A stretch of 64,000 nt of DNA from Camelus ferus (Eukaryota): contig NC_045696.1 of assembly GCF_009834535.1 (NCBI RefSeq), forward strand, positions 105,650,001-105,714,000, given 5' to 3'. Each line of letters starts with the position of its first letter. The first letter of the stretch is position 1. The notes beneath the pieces are model-generated. The model was not told the origin of the DNA. It searched no databases and saw only the letters and a program-made list of their open reading frames with translations. A program made the translations under genes and the position numbers. Of the stretch, positions 13,896-27,878 are shown one piece after another.

Positions 13896-16800
13896 GATGG
13901 AAAAGGATATCCCATGCAAATGGAAAAGCCAAAAAAGCAGGTATAGCAGTACTCATTTCAGACAAAATAGACTCTAAAACAAAGGCCATAAAGAAAGATA
14001 AAGAAGGACATTTTATAATGATTAAAGGAGTAATACAAGATGAGGATATTACATTCGTTAATATATATGTACCAAATATAGGAGCACCTAAGTACATAAA
14101 ACAATTACTAACAGAGATAAAGGGGGAAATTGATGGGAATACAATCATTGTCAGAGATTTTAACACCGCATTAACATCACTAGACAGATCTTCCAGACAG
14201 AAAATAAATAAGGCAACAGAGAAATTAAATGAAATAGAAAAATTAGAGTTGGTGGATATTTTCAGAGCATTACACCCCCCAAAAATAGGATACACATTAT
14301 TTTCAAGTGTACATGGGACATTTTCTAGGATTGATCATGTACTTGGGCACAAAAGAAGCCTCAACAATTTTAAGAAGATAGAAATTATCTCAAGCATCTT
14401 TACTGACCACAATGCCATGAAACTAGAAATCAACTACAGAGAAACAAAGGAGAAAAAAAGTAAAGCATGGAGATTAAACAACATACTATTAAAAAACCAA
14501 TGCGTCAATGATGAAATCAAAATTGAAATTAAAAAATACCTTGTGACAAATGAAAATGAAAGCACAACCACACAAAATTTATGGGACGCAGCAAAGGCAG
14601 TGCTAAGAGGGAAGTGTATAGCATTTAATAAAGACCTTCCTCAAAAAAGAAGAATCTTAAATAAACAATCTAACCCACCAGCTAAAAGGATTAGAAAAAG
14701 AAGAGCAAAAAAACCCAAGAGTCAGCAGATGAAAGGAAATAATAAAGATCAGGGAGGAAATAAATAAAATAGAGATTGAAAAAAATAGAAAAAATTAATC
14801 AAACCAAAAGCTGGTTTTTGAAAAAGTGAATAAAGTCAAGAAACCTCTGGCCAAACTCACAAAGAAGAAAAAAAACAGCACAAATAAGCAAAATAAGAAA
14901 CGAAAATGGAGAAATTACAACAAATAACATAGAAATACAGAATATCATATGAGAATATTATGAAAAACTACATGTAACCAAAATGGATGACCTAGAGGAG
15001 ACGGACAAGTTTCTGGAAACATACAGTCCACCAAGACTGAATCAAGAAGAAACTGACCACTTGAACAAACCAATCACTATAAATGAAATCAAATTAGCAA
15101 TAAAAAACCTCCCTACAAACAAAAGTCCAGGACCAGTCAGCTTCACCAGGGAAGTCTACCAAACATACAAAGAACTCATACCAATCCTTCTCAAACTCTT
15201 CCAGAAGATTGAAAAGGAGGGAATACTCCCAAACTCATTCTATGAAGCCATGATCACCCTGATACCAAAACCAGGCAAAGACACTACAAAAAAAGAGAAT
15301 TACAGACCAATATCACTGATGAACATAGATGCAAAAATCCTCACCAAAATATTAGCAAACAGAATCCAACAGCATATAAAAAAGATTATACGTCATGACC
15401 AAGTGGGGTTCATCCCAGGAACACAAAGGTGGTTCAACATACGCAAATCAATCGATGTAATACAGCACATCAACAAGAGAAAGGACAAAAACCACATGAT
15501 CATCTCAATAGATGCAGAAAAGGCATTTGATAAAATTCAACACCCATTTATGATAAAAACTCTCACCCAAGTGGGTATAGAGGGATCATATCTCAACATA
15601 ATAAAAGCTACATATGACAAACCTACAGCCAGCATAGTACTCAACGGTGAAGAACTCAAAAGTTTCCCACTAAAATCTGGGACAAGAAAAGGCTGCCCAT
15701 TATCACCACTCCTATTCAACATAGTCTTGGAAGTCCTAGCCACAGCAATCAGGCAAGAGAGAGAAATAAAAAGGATCCAAATTGGAAAAGAAGAGTAAAA
15801 GTGTCACTATCTGCAGATGACATGATACTATATACAGAAAACCCTAAAAAGTCCACACAAAAACTACTAGAAATAATCAAAGAATTCAGCAAGGTATCAG
15901 GTTACAAGATTAACGTTCAAAAATCAGTTGCATTTCTTTACACTAATGATGAATCAACAGAAAAAGAAAGTAGAGAAACAATCCCCTTTAAAATAGCACC
16001 CAAAGTAATAAAATATCTGGGAATAAATCTAACCAAGGAGGTGAAAGACTTATACATGGAAAACTATAAACCATTGATGAGGAAATTAAAGAAGACTTTA
16101 AAAAAAAATGGAAAGGTATCCCATGCTCTTGGATTGGAAGAATCAATATTGTTAAAATGGTCATACTGCCCAAAGCAATCTACAAATGTAATGCAATCCC
16201 CATCAAATTACCCAGGACGTATTTCACAGAACTAGAAAAAAAAATCATAATAAAATTTATATGGAACCGTAAAAGACCTAGAATTGCCAAAGCATTACTG
16301 AAGAAAAAGAAAGAGGCTGGAGGAATAACTCTCCCAGACTTCAGACAATACTATAGATCTACAGTCATCAAGACAGCACGGTATTGGTAGAAAAACAGAC
16401 ATATAGACCAATGGAGCAGAACAGAGAGCCCAGAAATGAACCCACAAACTTTTGGTCAACTAATCTTCAACAAAGGAGGCAAGAATATACATTGGAATAA
16501 AGACAGTCTCTTCAGCAAATGGTGTTGGGAAAACTGGACAGCAGCATGTAAATCAATGAAGCTAGAACACTCCCTTACACCATACACAAAAATAAACTCT
16601 AAATGGATCAAAGACTTACACGTAAGACAAGATACAATAAACCTCCTAGAAGAAAACATAGGCAAAACATTATCTGACATACATCTCAGAAATGTTCCCC
16701 TAGGGCAGTCTACCCAAGCAATAGAAATAAAAGCAAGAATAAACAAATGGGACCTAATGAAACTTACAAGCTTCTGCACAGCAAAGGAAACCATAAGTAA

Positions 16801-17934
16801 AACAAAACAACAACCTACGGAATGGGACAAAATTTTTACAAACGATGAAACCAACAAAGGCTTGACCTCCAGAATATATAAGCAGCTCATACAACTTAAT
16901 AAGAAAAAAACAAACAACCCAATCCAAAAATGGGCAGAAGACCTAAACAAGCAATTCTCCAAGGAAGACATATAAATGATCAATAGGCACATGAAAAAAT
17001 GCTCAATATCACTAATTATCAGAGAAATGGAAATCAAAACTACAATGAGGTATCACCTCACACCAGCCTGAATGGTCATCATTCAAAAGTCCACAAATGA
17101 CAGATGCTGGAGAGGCTGTGGAGAAAAGGGAACCCTCCTACACTGCTGGTGTGAGTGCAGTTTGGTGTAGCCACTGTGGAAAACAGTATGGAGATTTCTC
17201 AAAAGACTAGGAATAGAATTACCGTATGACCCAGTAATCCCACTCCTGGGCATATATCCAGAAGGAACCCTACTTCAAAAAGACACCTGCACCCCAGTGT
17301 TTATAGCAGCACTATTTATAATAGCCAAGACATGGAAACAGCCTAAATGTTCATCCACAGATGACTGGATAAAGAAGTAGTGATACATTTATACAATGGA
17401 ATACTATTAAGCCATAAAAACCAACAACATAACGCCATTTGCAGCAACATGGATGTCCCTGGAGAATGTCATTCTAAGTGAAGTAAGCCATAGAGAGAAA
17501 AAAATACCATATGAGATCACTCATATGTGGAATCTAAAAAAAAAAAAAAAAAAAGAACATAAATACAAAACAAAAACAGACTCATAGACATAGAATACAA
17601 ACTTGTGGTTGCTAAGGGGAAGGAGGGTGGGAAGAGACAAACTGGGAGTTCAAAATTTATAGATACTGACAGGCATATGCAGAATAGATAAACAAGATTA
17701 TACTGTATAGTGCAGGGAAATAAATACAAGATCTTGTGGTAGCTCACAGTGAAAAACAATGTGACAATGAATATATGTATGTTCATGTATAACTGACAAA
17801 TTGTGCTCTACACTAGAATTTGACACAACATTGTAAAATGACTATAACTCAATAAAAAAAAAGTTAAAAATAAAATAAAATAAAAATAACTTGAATTTTC
17901 CATCCAAACCATCAAAAAATAAAATAAACAAAAA
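13896..17934 (+). mobile_element. Young 5'-truncated LINE-1 (nearly all of ORF2 plus 3' UTR), inactivated
   Basis: ORF fragments 13892..14767 (endonuclease), 14983..15798 (RT), 15801.., 16157.. and 16436... YADD is mutated to SADD. Perfect 15-bp TSD taaaagggtgaatga at 13881-13895 and 17935-17949. Confidence 0.97.
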
Positions 17935-18516
17935 TAAAAGGGTGAATGAACTTTATGGTATATGAGTTATGTATCAATGAAACTGTTATTTTAAAATAAA
18001 ATACATTCATTCAATAAATAAATCTCCAAGCACTGTTCTAGGCAGCAAGGAAACAGTGAACAAAACTGACACAAATTGCTGTCCTCATGGAGCTGATATT
18101 CCAATAGAATAATCCTAGTGAGAGATAATGAGGATCTTGATAAATTAATGGCACTAGAGAGAAGAGTGGGTGAATTTAAGCAAGTATCTGAACCATCAAT
18201 ATGGTTAGCTGACCCACCGGAACAGGAGGGATGCCTGACCATCTTCTCCTGGGGCCTACAATAATTCTTATTGTCACCCCCTCTGGCCTCCAGGGTCACT
18301 GTTTCGCACTATAAAAGCACTGGTAAATTGGACAAAGTGCTCTTTATAAACTAGAAATTTCAGAAGTATGCAAAATTATGAGAGACAGAGAGGATTCGGT
18401 TTGAAAGAAAAAAATCACAGCCAAAACTCAAGCTCAGAAGGACTTGGTACATAAAAGCAGGCAGGATCCCAAGGTTATTCAAACCTCAGAGGTAGTGGAT
18501 TCCAAGAGCAGAAGAA

Positions 18517-19041
18517 TGTTGAAAAGAGAATTCTCCATGGGTCTCCAACATTTCTGCATGTCTTATAAACACAGGTACTGACAGATTTTTTTCCAGACTA
18601 TCCTTTCAAGGATGTGCAAATAGAAAACAGCCTTAGAAGACAAGAGACTGGTGTCTCCCTCCAGTTGCAGAGAGCAAGTTTGGTTGCTGCCCAGTGCAAT
18701 AAAAATAATGTCTCCCTCAGTGGCAAAGGCTGAAAAAATGTGGTTACAGTCCATTACAAAAGACTGGGGTTTCCCAAGCACAGGGTCCTTTTAACGCCAA
18801 CCCACTTCAAGGGCAGCATCCACCTGAGCCAGCTGTGTCATCCCCATGGCACTTGGATGAAAGAGGCAAGGGGAACTAACATGACAATGAAGCTTGCATT
18901 GCTGACTGATCCCTGAGTAATAAAGCCATTTGTCTCTGATCCAGGAGTCTTGTGTCTTCTACCAGCTTCCATGAGACTGTGGTAGGCTCACTTGTGAGCT
19001 TGCAAGTCAGGTAAAACCTCAGAACTTCCCAGTTCTTGACA
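18517..19041 (+). mobile_element. Solo LTR (ERVL-type, subfamily uncertain)
   Basis: TG...CA termini, AATAAA at ~18919, and 3' end ...gcttgcaagtcaggtaaaacctcag...cagttcttgaca resembling eutherian ERVL LTRs. Confidence 0.7.
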
Positions 19042-20214
19042 GAGAGGACTTAAGGAAATCAACAGGGTAAATGATCAGGGAGCCAGCTGGGTCACCCTGT
19101 CCTTCATCCCTTACCTGCTAGTACCTGGCAGTGCTATCTAGCCCCGGTAGAGTCAGTGAGGGACAGCACAGGGGGAGGGCAGGACAGAGGATCTGGAGAC
19201 CCTGAGAAACAACAGGGAGCCCCCACAGGCAAAGGCTAACAAGTGACACATCCCCTGAACAGCACCTTCTCGTTGTGCAACCACAGAGTGCAGTTACAAA
19301 ACTCAGCATCCACAGGCTAACTTAGCCTCAGATAAGGGGAAGAGAAAAGGAAGGGAAGGAAATTCAAAGGGTAGCTTTCCTTTACACCCACAAGCGATTT
19401 TTAAAATGTAACAAAAAAAAGAAAATACCCTATTCACAAGAGCAACAAAACAATAAAATAAATACCATAAGAATGAATCTAGGAAAAAGTTCACAAGACC
19501 TATATGGAGAAAGCTTTAATACTTGTATATTAAAACATTCTGAATAAATTGTTAGGTGCACTGTTCTTAGACAGGAAGATATGAAATTATAAAAATGTCA
19601 ATACCCTCAAGTAAATATATAACTCAATGCAATCCCACCCAAAATCATAATAGATGTTAATTTTTTAATTTGCATTCTTTTTTATTTATGTATAGTCAGT
19701 CTACAATGTTGTGTCAGTTTCTAGTGTACAGCATGTTTCAGTCATACATATACATACACACATTCATTTTCATACTCTTCTCATAATAGATTTTAAAAGA
19801 TGTTTATCAGCTCAGTATGAATTCATCGGAAAGAGAACATGTGCAGAATAGCCAAGACAATTTTGAAAGAGAAGACTAATAAGCAAACTTGCCTACTAGA
19901 AATCAAAAAGTTAGTAATAAAAATAGTTTGGCAATTAGGAAAAATATATCACAGATTAATGAACATAATAAAAAGTCTAGAAATAGACCAACAAATATAG
20001 GGAAATTTTTGTTTACAACAAAGATAGCAATTCAAATGAATAGAGAAATACTTTACTATTCAACAATGGTGTAGAGACAGTTGGCTATCTATCTGAAAAA
20101 ATAAAGACAAAATCTTCATGCACAATATTAATTTTTTTAAATGTCTAGCAAATCAAAGACCTAAAAGGTAACAAGGGGAAATTTTACAAAGTCATCAGAA
20201 GAAAATAATTAAAT

Positions 20215-22050
20215 AAAATATCTAAGAATAAACCTAACCAAGGAGGTTAAAGAATTATATGCTGAGAAAAATAAAACATTGGTAAAGGAAATCAAAGATG
20301 ATTCCAGGAAATGGAAAGATAGCCCATGCCCTTGGACTGGAAGAATTAATACAGTTAAAATAGCCATACTGCAAAAAGCTACAGATTTAATGCAATCTTT
20401 ATGAAACTATCCATGACATTTTTTACAGAACTAAAACAAATAACCTAAAACTTATATGGAACCACAAAAGAACCAGAATTGCCAAAGCAAACCTGAGGAA
20501 AAAGAACAAAGCTGGAGATAGAACCCTCCCAGACTTCAGACAATGCTACAAAGCTATAGTAATCAAAACAGTAAAGTATTGGCACAAAACAGACATATAG
20601 AGAAACAGAATAGAAAAGAGAGCCATGAAATAAACCCACACATCTACAGTCAATTAATCTTAGACAAAAGAGGCAAGAATATACAATGGAGAAAAGTCAG
20701 TTTCTTCAGCAAGTGTTGTTGGGAAAGCTGGACAGCCACATGTAAATCAATAAAGTTAGAATACTCCCTCACAGCAGACACAAAATAAACTCAAAATGGC
20801 TTAAAGACCAAAATATAAGACATGAGATCATAAAACTCCTAGAATAGAACACAGGCAAAGCATTCTCTGACATAAATCATAGCAATATGTTCTTAGCTCA
20901 GTCTCCCTAGACAAATGAAATAAAACCAAAATAAACAAATGGGACCTAATAAACTTTAAAAGCTTTTGCACAGCAAAAGAAACTATATAAACAAAATGAA
21001 AAAAACTACAGAGTGGGAGAAAATATTTGCAAACAATATAACTGACAAGCGATTAATTTCCAAAATATACAAACAGCTCATATAACTCAACATCCAAAAC
21101 AAAAAGTCAAAAAATGAGCAGAAGACCTAAATAGCTTTTCTCTAAAGAAGACATACAGATGGCCAACAGGCATATGAAAAGATACTCAACATTGCTAATT
21201 ATCAGAGAAATGCAAATCAAAACTACAATGAGGTGTCACCTCACACCTGTCAGAATGGCAATTATCAAAGTCTACAAATAATAAATGCTGAAGAGGTGTG
21301 GAGGAAAGGGAACTCTCATACATAGGTGGAAATGTAAAATGGTGCAGGCACTATGGAAAACAGTATGGAGGTTCCTTAAAGAACTAAAAACACAGTTACC
21401 GTTTGATCTAGCAATCCCACTCCTGGGCATATATCTAACTGGAAAAGATACATGCACCCCAATGTTCACAGCAGCACTATTTACAATAGCCAAGACATGG
21501 AAGCAAACTAAATATCCATTGACAGATGAATGGATAAAGAAGATGTAGCATATATACACAATGGAATATTTCTCAGGCATAAAAACAAATGAAATAATGC
21601 CATTTGCAGCAATATGGATGGATTTAGAGATCATCATATTAAGTGAAATAAGTCAGACAGAGAAAGACAAATATATAATATCACTTATACGTAGAATCTA
21701 AAAAAAAGATACAAAAGAACTTATTTACAAACTGAGTTTATTTAAGACTCACAGAACAGAGAAAACAAACTACAGTTACCAAAGGGCAAAGGGGTGGAGG
21801 GGAGGGACAAATTAGGGGTTTGAGTTTAATAGATACACACTACTATATAAAAAACAGACAAACCACAAGGAGCTATTGTATAGCACAGGGAACTATATTC
21901 AGTATCTTATAATAACCTATAATGGAAAAGAATCTGCAAAAGAATATGTATATATATAACTGAATCACTTTGCTATATACCTGAAAATAATACAACATTA
22001 TAAATGAACTATACTTCAATACAAACTTTAAAAACAAAAAACAAAAAACA
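20215..22050 (+). mobile_element. L1 3' half, intermediate age, within older L1 debris (~19380-23190)
   Basis: ORF2 fragments 20543..20788 and 21285..21548, L1 3' UTR, and A-rich tail at ~22020-22050. Confidence 0.9.
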
Positions 22051-23191
22051 AAGAACTCAAAACCGGAACGCACAAAGAACTTCTCCAAACTAATGCTGTA
22101 AACAAAGACCAACCACCCAATAGAAAAATGGCAAGAGACTTGAATAGGCATTTAGAATAGAGTGTATAGAAATGGCCAATAAACATACAATAAGGTGATC
22201 CACCTCATTATATAAAACTTTATGAGATACGCATATCCCTTCAATGGCTAGAATAATGTGTCAGTAAGGATGTGTAGAGCAAAGAGAGTGCTCAAATGCT
22301 GTTGGTGTGTATGTAAATTGATGCAATCACTTTGGGAAACTATTTGATAAAGTTGAATGTACAAATATATTATGATAAAGCAATTCTATTCCTAGATATT
22401 CAGTCAACAGAAATGTGGGCCCAAGTGCAACGGAAGTCACGTGCAAGACTGTTTGTAGCAGCCATTTGTAACAGCCCAAAACTAAAAACAGAAAATGCCT
22501 ATCAACAATAGAATAAATAATAGTATATCCTTACAATGGAATTTTTACAGAAGTGAAAATGAACAAATGACAGCTACACACCACAACAAACAAACACTAA
22601 ACACAAAGATGAAAGTGAATTATTTCAGTTATATAAAGGACAGCAAGCAGTAACTGATGATGTTAGAAGGCAGGACAGAAATGATCGTTGAGAAGCACGG
22701 TAGGTAGAGTGAATGGGAGGTTGCTTGAGGAGTTCTGGGAAGCTGGTCACATTCTCCTTGTCTTGAGAGGGGGTTACACGGGTATTCATTTTGTAAAAAT
22801 TCTTTGAGCTTGGCATTTATGGATCATGCATTTTTCAGTATTTATGTTATACCTTAAAAAATAGATTTAAATTTATACTATTAAAAATTTTAAAAACATT
22901 GATACTTCTTTGACAATACATCTATTTCTGAGTAACAGCCGGTAACAGGTTTAATAGGTAGACACTAGCAGGAGTACAACCAAAGTCTAGAACAAGAAAA
23001 ACATGCCACTTTCTGACTAGTATTTGACATCGTACTGGTGACACTAGCCAACAAAACTAAACAAGAAAAGAACAGATGTTTAAAATTTTGAAAGGAGAGA
23101 AAATAAGGCCACTTACAGATCATATGATTATAAACCCAAAAAGTAAGGAGAATTCCATAAGAAAGCTGAATACAAAATTAATATACAGAAA

Positions 23192-24016
23192 CAAAACTAC
23201 AATGAGGTATCACCTCACACCAGTCAGAATGGCCGTCATTCAAAAATCCACAAATGACAAATGCTGGAGAGGCTGTGGAGAAAGGGGAACCCTCCTACAC
23301 TGCTGGTGGGAATGCAGTTTGGTGCAGCCACTATGGAAAACAGTGTGGAGATTCCTCAAAAGACTAGGAATAGACTTACCATATGACCCAGGAATCCCAC
23401 TCCTGGGCTTGTATCCAGAAGGAAATCTACTTCAGGATGACACCTGCACCCCAATGTTCATAGCAGCACTATTTACAATAGCCAAAACATGGAAACAGCC
23501 TAAATGTCCATCAACAGGTGACTGGATAAAGAAGAGGTGGTATATTTATACAATGGAATACTATTCAGCCATAAAAACCGACAACATAATGCCATTTGCA
23601 GCAACATGGGTGCTCCTGGAGAATGTCATTCTAAGTGAAGTAAGCCAGAAAGAGAAAGAAAAATACCATATGAGATCGCTCATATGTGGAATCTAAAAAA
23701 CAAAAACAAAAACAAACAAACAAACAAACAAAAACAAAGTGTAAATAAAGGACAGAAATAGACTCATAGACAGAGAATACAGACTTGTGGTTACCAGGGG
23801 GGCGGAGGGTGGGAAGGGATAGACTGGGATTTCAAAATTGTAGAATAGACTACACTGTATAGCACAGGGAAATATACACAAAATGTTATGATAACTCACA
23901 GAGAAAAAAATGTGACAATGAGTGTGTATATGTCCATGAATAACTGAAAAATTGTGCTGAACACTGGAATTTGACACAACATTATAAAATGATTATAAAT
24001 CAATAAAAATGTTAAA
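23192..24016 (+). mobile_element. Young 5'-truncated L1 (ORF2 C-terminus plus 3' UTR)
   Basis: [14 protein letters not shown]...LICGI*. Perfect 18-bp TSD aaaattaatatacagaaa at 23174-23191 and 24017-24034. Confidence 0.95.
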
Positions 24017-27000
24017 AAAATTAATATACAGAAATAATTGGCTTTCACTTACAATAAGAGAAGCTGAAGTATTTGGTGGAAAAAACAAACTGCTATTTAG
24101 CTTCAGCTTCAGCCTTACCTGTTAAAATTCTAAATAACTTCTTTAATGACAGTTTTGTCATTCCTAAAATAGTAAGGGATTAATGATTTGTAACCACATA
24201 TGCCGTCATCAGTTCTAAGCATTGGAATAGCACCAGTAATACAATGCCATTCACACCTCAGTAATTTTTTCAGGAAGTAAAGAAAGCACAGCATAATCTA
24301 CCAGAATTACCTGAATTGCTGTAAGGTAAGCAGAAAGTGAGTGGGCCACTACCATCACTCTGCTTCAGGCAAACACTGAGGTGTTGCTGTACGAGAGATA
24401 TTTGAAGTTGCCTTTGCTTATACAACATTTTCCTATAGAAGCCAGTATTGCATGTTGGAAAAGACCTCTTGAATGAAAGCTGGGTGAGATAATGTACTTT
24501 GCGGATGACAGTACCAGACAGCAATAAGCAACACTGCAGAAAAATACTCACAATACTTTGCCATTCCAGGAAGAAAACAAATCCCATGTGTTATGCATGT
24601 AAATACATAGAAAAGGAACTTGCCATATCAACCCTGAATTGGGAGTTGCTGGGGAGTGGAAGGGAGACTACAGCTTCAACTATGCTGTTTAGATGTTCTT
24701 TAAAATGTATTCAGATATTATTACTAATGTGAATTAAAATAATTAGAAATTTCTTAAAGCTAGTTATGCATTCTAGGGGGTAACAGAATGGCCCTCATTA
24801 GAGCCAATGTCAAGAGCACTCTTGGGCTGGAGCTCTGGACCTGGGCCTCAGAGTCTCAAATGAAGCAACAAAGGATTCATAATTCATAGTGCCCAGATGC
24901 CCAATGTGGAGAAAACTCCTGAGTCCCACTGAGCCATGTCCATCTTGTGCCTAGCTTCCTGTCCCCAAGTTCCCTCAGCTTTCTTCTCCCAGAGACCCAT
25001 CTACAGCCATCTTTTACCCTGCCCAGAACCAGACACTGACTTGCTAATTCCTCCCCTACAGTGGTTCAAGCAGTTCCTGCTGATTGATTAGGAATTACCG
25101 ACTGACACCAAGAAAGCCCAAGGAGTGGGACTGATAATCCACCCCGACAATCTATGGGCATCTCAGAGTAAAGAAAAATAAGGCAGGATGAAAGCTATCT
25201 GATCTAGTGCCCAGCAAGCCATTCCCGAATTATATAAAAGTTATATGATGAAATCACCTGGAAGAGAACTTTCTAACAGATCAGATTCCCTTTCAGGATG
25301 ATGAGGAGGAGGAGGGGGATATTGTTTACCATTCACTGAACCCCAGCTACACGCCAGGCACTGTTCAAGATGCTGAGGACAGAGCTGACAGCTGTCAAGT
25401 GGGAAAGACAGATTATAAACATAATAACAACTGGACAGCTACTATTTACTAAGCACTTAGTATATTCCAAGGACATTTTACATACATTATCTCTCAACTT
25501 CCCTGCATAATAGATGGCTTTCTCTTTATTTCACCTGTAAGGAAACTGAGATTAGAGAAGGTGAAATGACTTGCCCATGACCACCCAATTAGAAAGGGGC
25601 TGACCAGGAGAGGAAATCAGGTGCATCTATGGTCGGACCCCTGCTAACTGCCTTTGTCTTGGGACAGGACTACATTCCATTGGAAGGGGAGCTCACAGCG
25701 AGGATTCACAGGACCCAGGACAATGATGAGCCGGAGGTAAAACTGCTGAGGTCTGGAGAGCAGCAGACAAGGACAGACACCTTTGTGTTCAGATCCCCAA
25801 CACTGGTTATGCCCGGAGCCACGAGCCCCACCCTGTGTCCAGGTCAGCTTTGCACTTCTCCATCTGTCCCTTACAACATGGCACGTCCACATTCGCTCTC
25901 CTGAATGGTGTTCCCATTATTCCCTGACCATAGGATGTTCAAGGATCACCTACAGAATTCCCCAGGGCCAAAGCAGAAGTTTCCTGGAAGCTCCCCCTCC
26001 TCCCTCTCCCATCTTCCCAACCCACTCTCTGTCCAAACAACAGGAGCACAGTAACTGTTCCCAACACTTGGGACTATAGAGGTAGGTGCCAGCGGCATCC
26101 AATTTTACACCATGGGACCTCAGGAGGGCCCTCCAATGCTGGTGTATAGGCAGTGTGTGTTCCTCTAGCCAGGATCCAGACCTAAGTCACTACCACAGGG
26201 GAATTTCTTGGTTCATAGACAGAAACACCGGAAATCCAGACGTAAGAGCAGATGCGGGCCAGGCATGCAGGGAAAAACCCTTAATCCTGGTCCAGGAAGT
26301 CTGAGTTCCCTTCATGACTTTGTCACCAACCAGCAGAGCTCTGAACTCAGATGCAAAGCACCCTTGTACCTGAACCCCTCAAATGTGGATGAAAACAAGT
26401 TCTATGATCTTCAACTTGGCATAAAACAGAATCATTCTGGAGGGGATTACAAGAATCCCATGGCCAGGAATTCTGATCAGTGGTTCCGACATCCAGTAAA
26501 GAATGTGCATTTTACACCCATTGGCCAGAGAATACCAGTGCCTGCCAAGTCACAGACCACGAGGTTCACTGCCCATCCAGAGATTCCTGATTGAAATGTA
26601 ATTCGGTAGAAAGCAACGCTATGAAGCCCTAAAAATGAGTAGATACTACGCTACTTCGTAAAAACGGACAAAGTGAGCAATGGCGTGTTTAAAGGACAAC
26701 TGTGGTAGAAAATATTTCACTGTGCTCTACAACCACTGGCCAGTAGTACCTATTCCAAAATCAGTGTTGGGGGTTTTCTCTCACTAATCCTGGAAGAGCA
26801 GTTGAGCCACACCTTCCTTGGTTCCCTGGATTGGCAGGGCAGCTGCGCCTGCACACTGACCCTCAGATCAAAGGCGCCGCTGCTGCGTCATCTTCAGAGG
26901 AGCCTGATACTCAGACCCAGCTCTGCTGGTTCTGGGCTCCTGAGTAAACTGGTTCCTCTTTCACCATGACGTTTTCATTATCAGTAAACTGGGCTACAAC

Positions 27001-27399
27001 AGATAACACCCCTCTGGTGTAGTTTAAGTCAAATTAGAGAAAGTAAACTCTTAGTTCGTTTGATGGGAGTGTAACAATGACCATCCTGCTAAACTGATTG
27101 ATATACAAGTTGATCATGCAGCGGCTGCTATTAAGGCTCAATTCTAACGTGGCTTTCCCTTCACAACACCGCTGGAAGGACCTGACAGTTATTGACAACT
27201 TACACAAATTGAGGCTTAACTCACCCTATTACAAGACCAAAGGAAGCTAAAAGGTCACTTCCAGGGCGAGGTCTCAGGGGATGACGGAACTACATGTCAG
27301 GATCTTGGTGCAGCGTTCCACGCGCGGACTTAAACTTTAATCCATTTTCCGGTGAAGGTTTTCCGCATATCAGGTCAACTCCAGGAAAGCCAAGAACTT

Positions 27400-27878
27400 G
27401 ACCCCGGAAACCTAGCCCTAGAGAGGCACCACTACTCCGCCCCCTTGAGGCCTATAAAAGTATTTCTCTCAGTGACCCATCCACCACAGCCCGGGCTATT
27501 CCCCAATTCAGTTACCTCCACTTGTAACTACCTAGTTACAAGCGGAGCCTCGGAGGGGGCGGAGCTTGGCGTGAGGCTGCTTTGCGACTGCCGTTCCTCT
27601 CGCGTCACTTACATGTTTAGCCCAATCCTGCGCAAACCGGTCCGCGTGAGGAGCTGAAGATTCCAACACCCAAGGCGGAACCCAGTAGCCACCCTAGAAG
27701 CCAGGACTGCAGAACTCCCTACAGGCGCCGCAGGATCTCCGAATATTTGTCCCGCGTCCCGAGGTCCTGAGCCCCAATGCCCCGGTCGGTCTCACCTGTC
27801 GGCCCACCTGTCACTGCCTGCACGACCGACTGCACCTCGCCCTCTGCCAGGCCCCGGACCCGCTGCGCCATAGAGGTA
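27400..27878 (+). promoter_or_regulatory. Putative CpG-rich promoter/5' UTR of PRR23 copy 1
   Basis: GC boxes ctccgccccc (27435-27444) and gggggcggag (~27554-27563), TATAAAA at 27453-27459, and rising CpG density directly upstream of the CDS. Confidence 0.55.

Noticed and set aside
13892..16975. Long ORFs with endonuclease and reverse-transcriptase motifs
   Set aside because: Fragments of one disabled L1 ORF2 with stops, frameshifts and SADD instead of YADD. Not a host gene or novel RT system.
23076..23696. 206-aa ORF
   Set aside because: Chance in-frame fusion of old L1 debris with a young L1 ORF2 C-terminus across the TSD.
26208..26594. 128-aa ORF upstream of copy 1 with a partial counterpart at 54567..54779
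   Set aside because: Similarity reflects the DNA duplication; frame and length are not preserved between arms.
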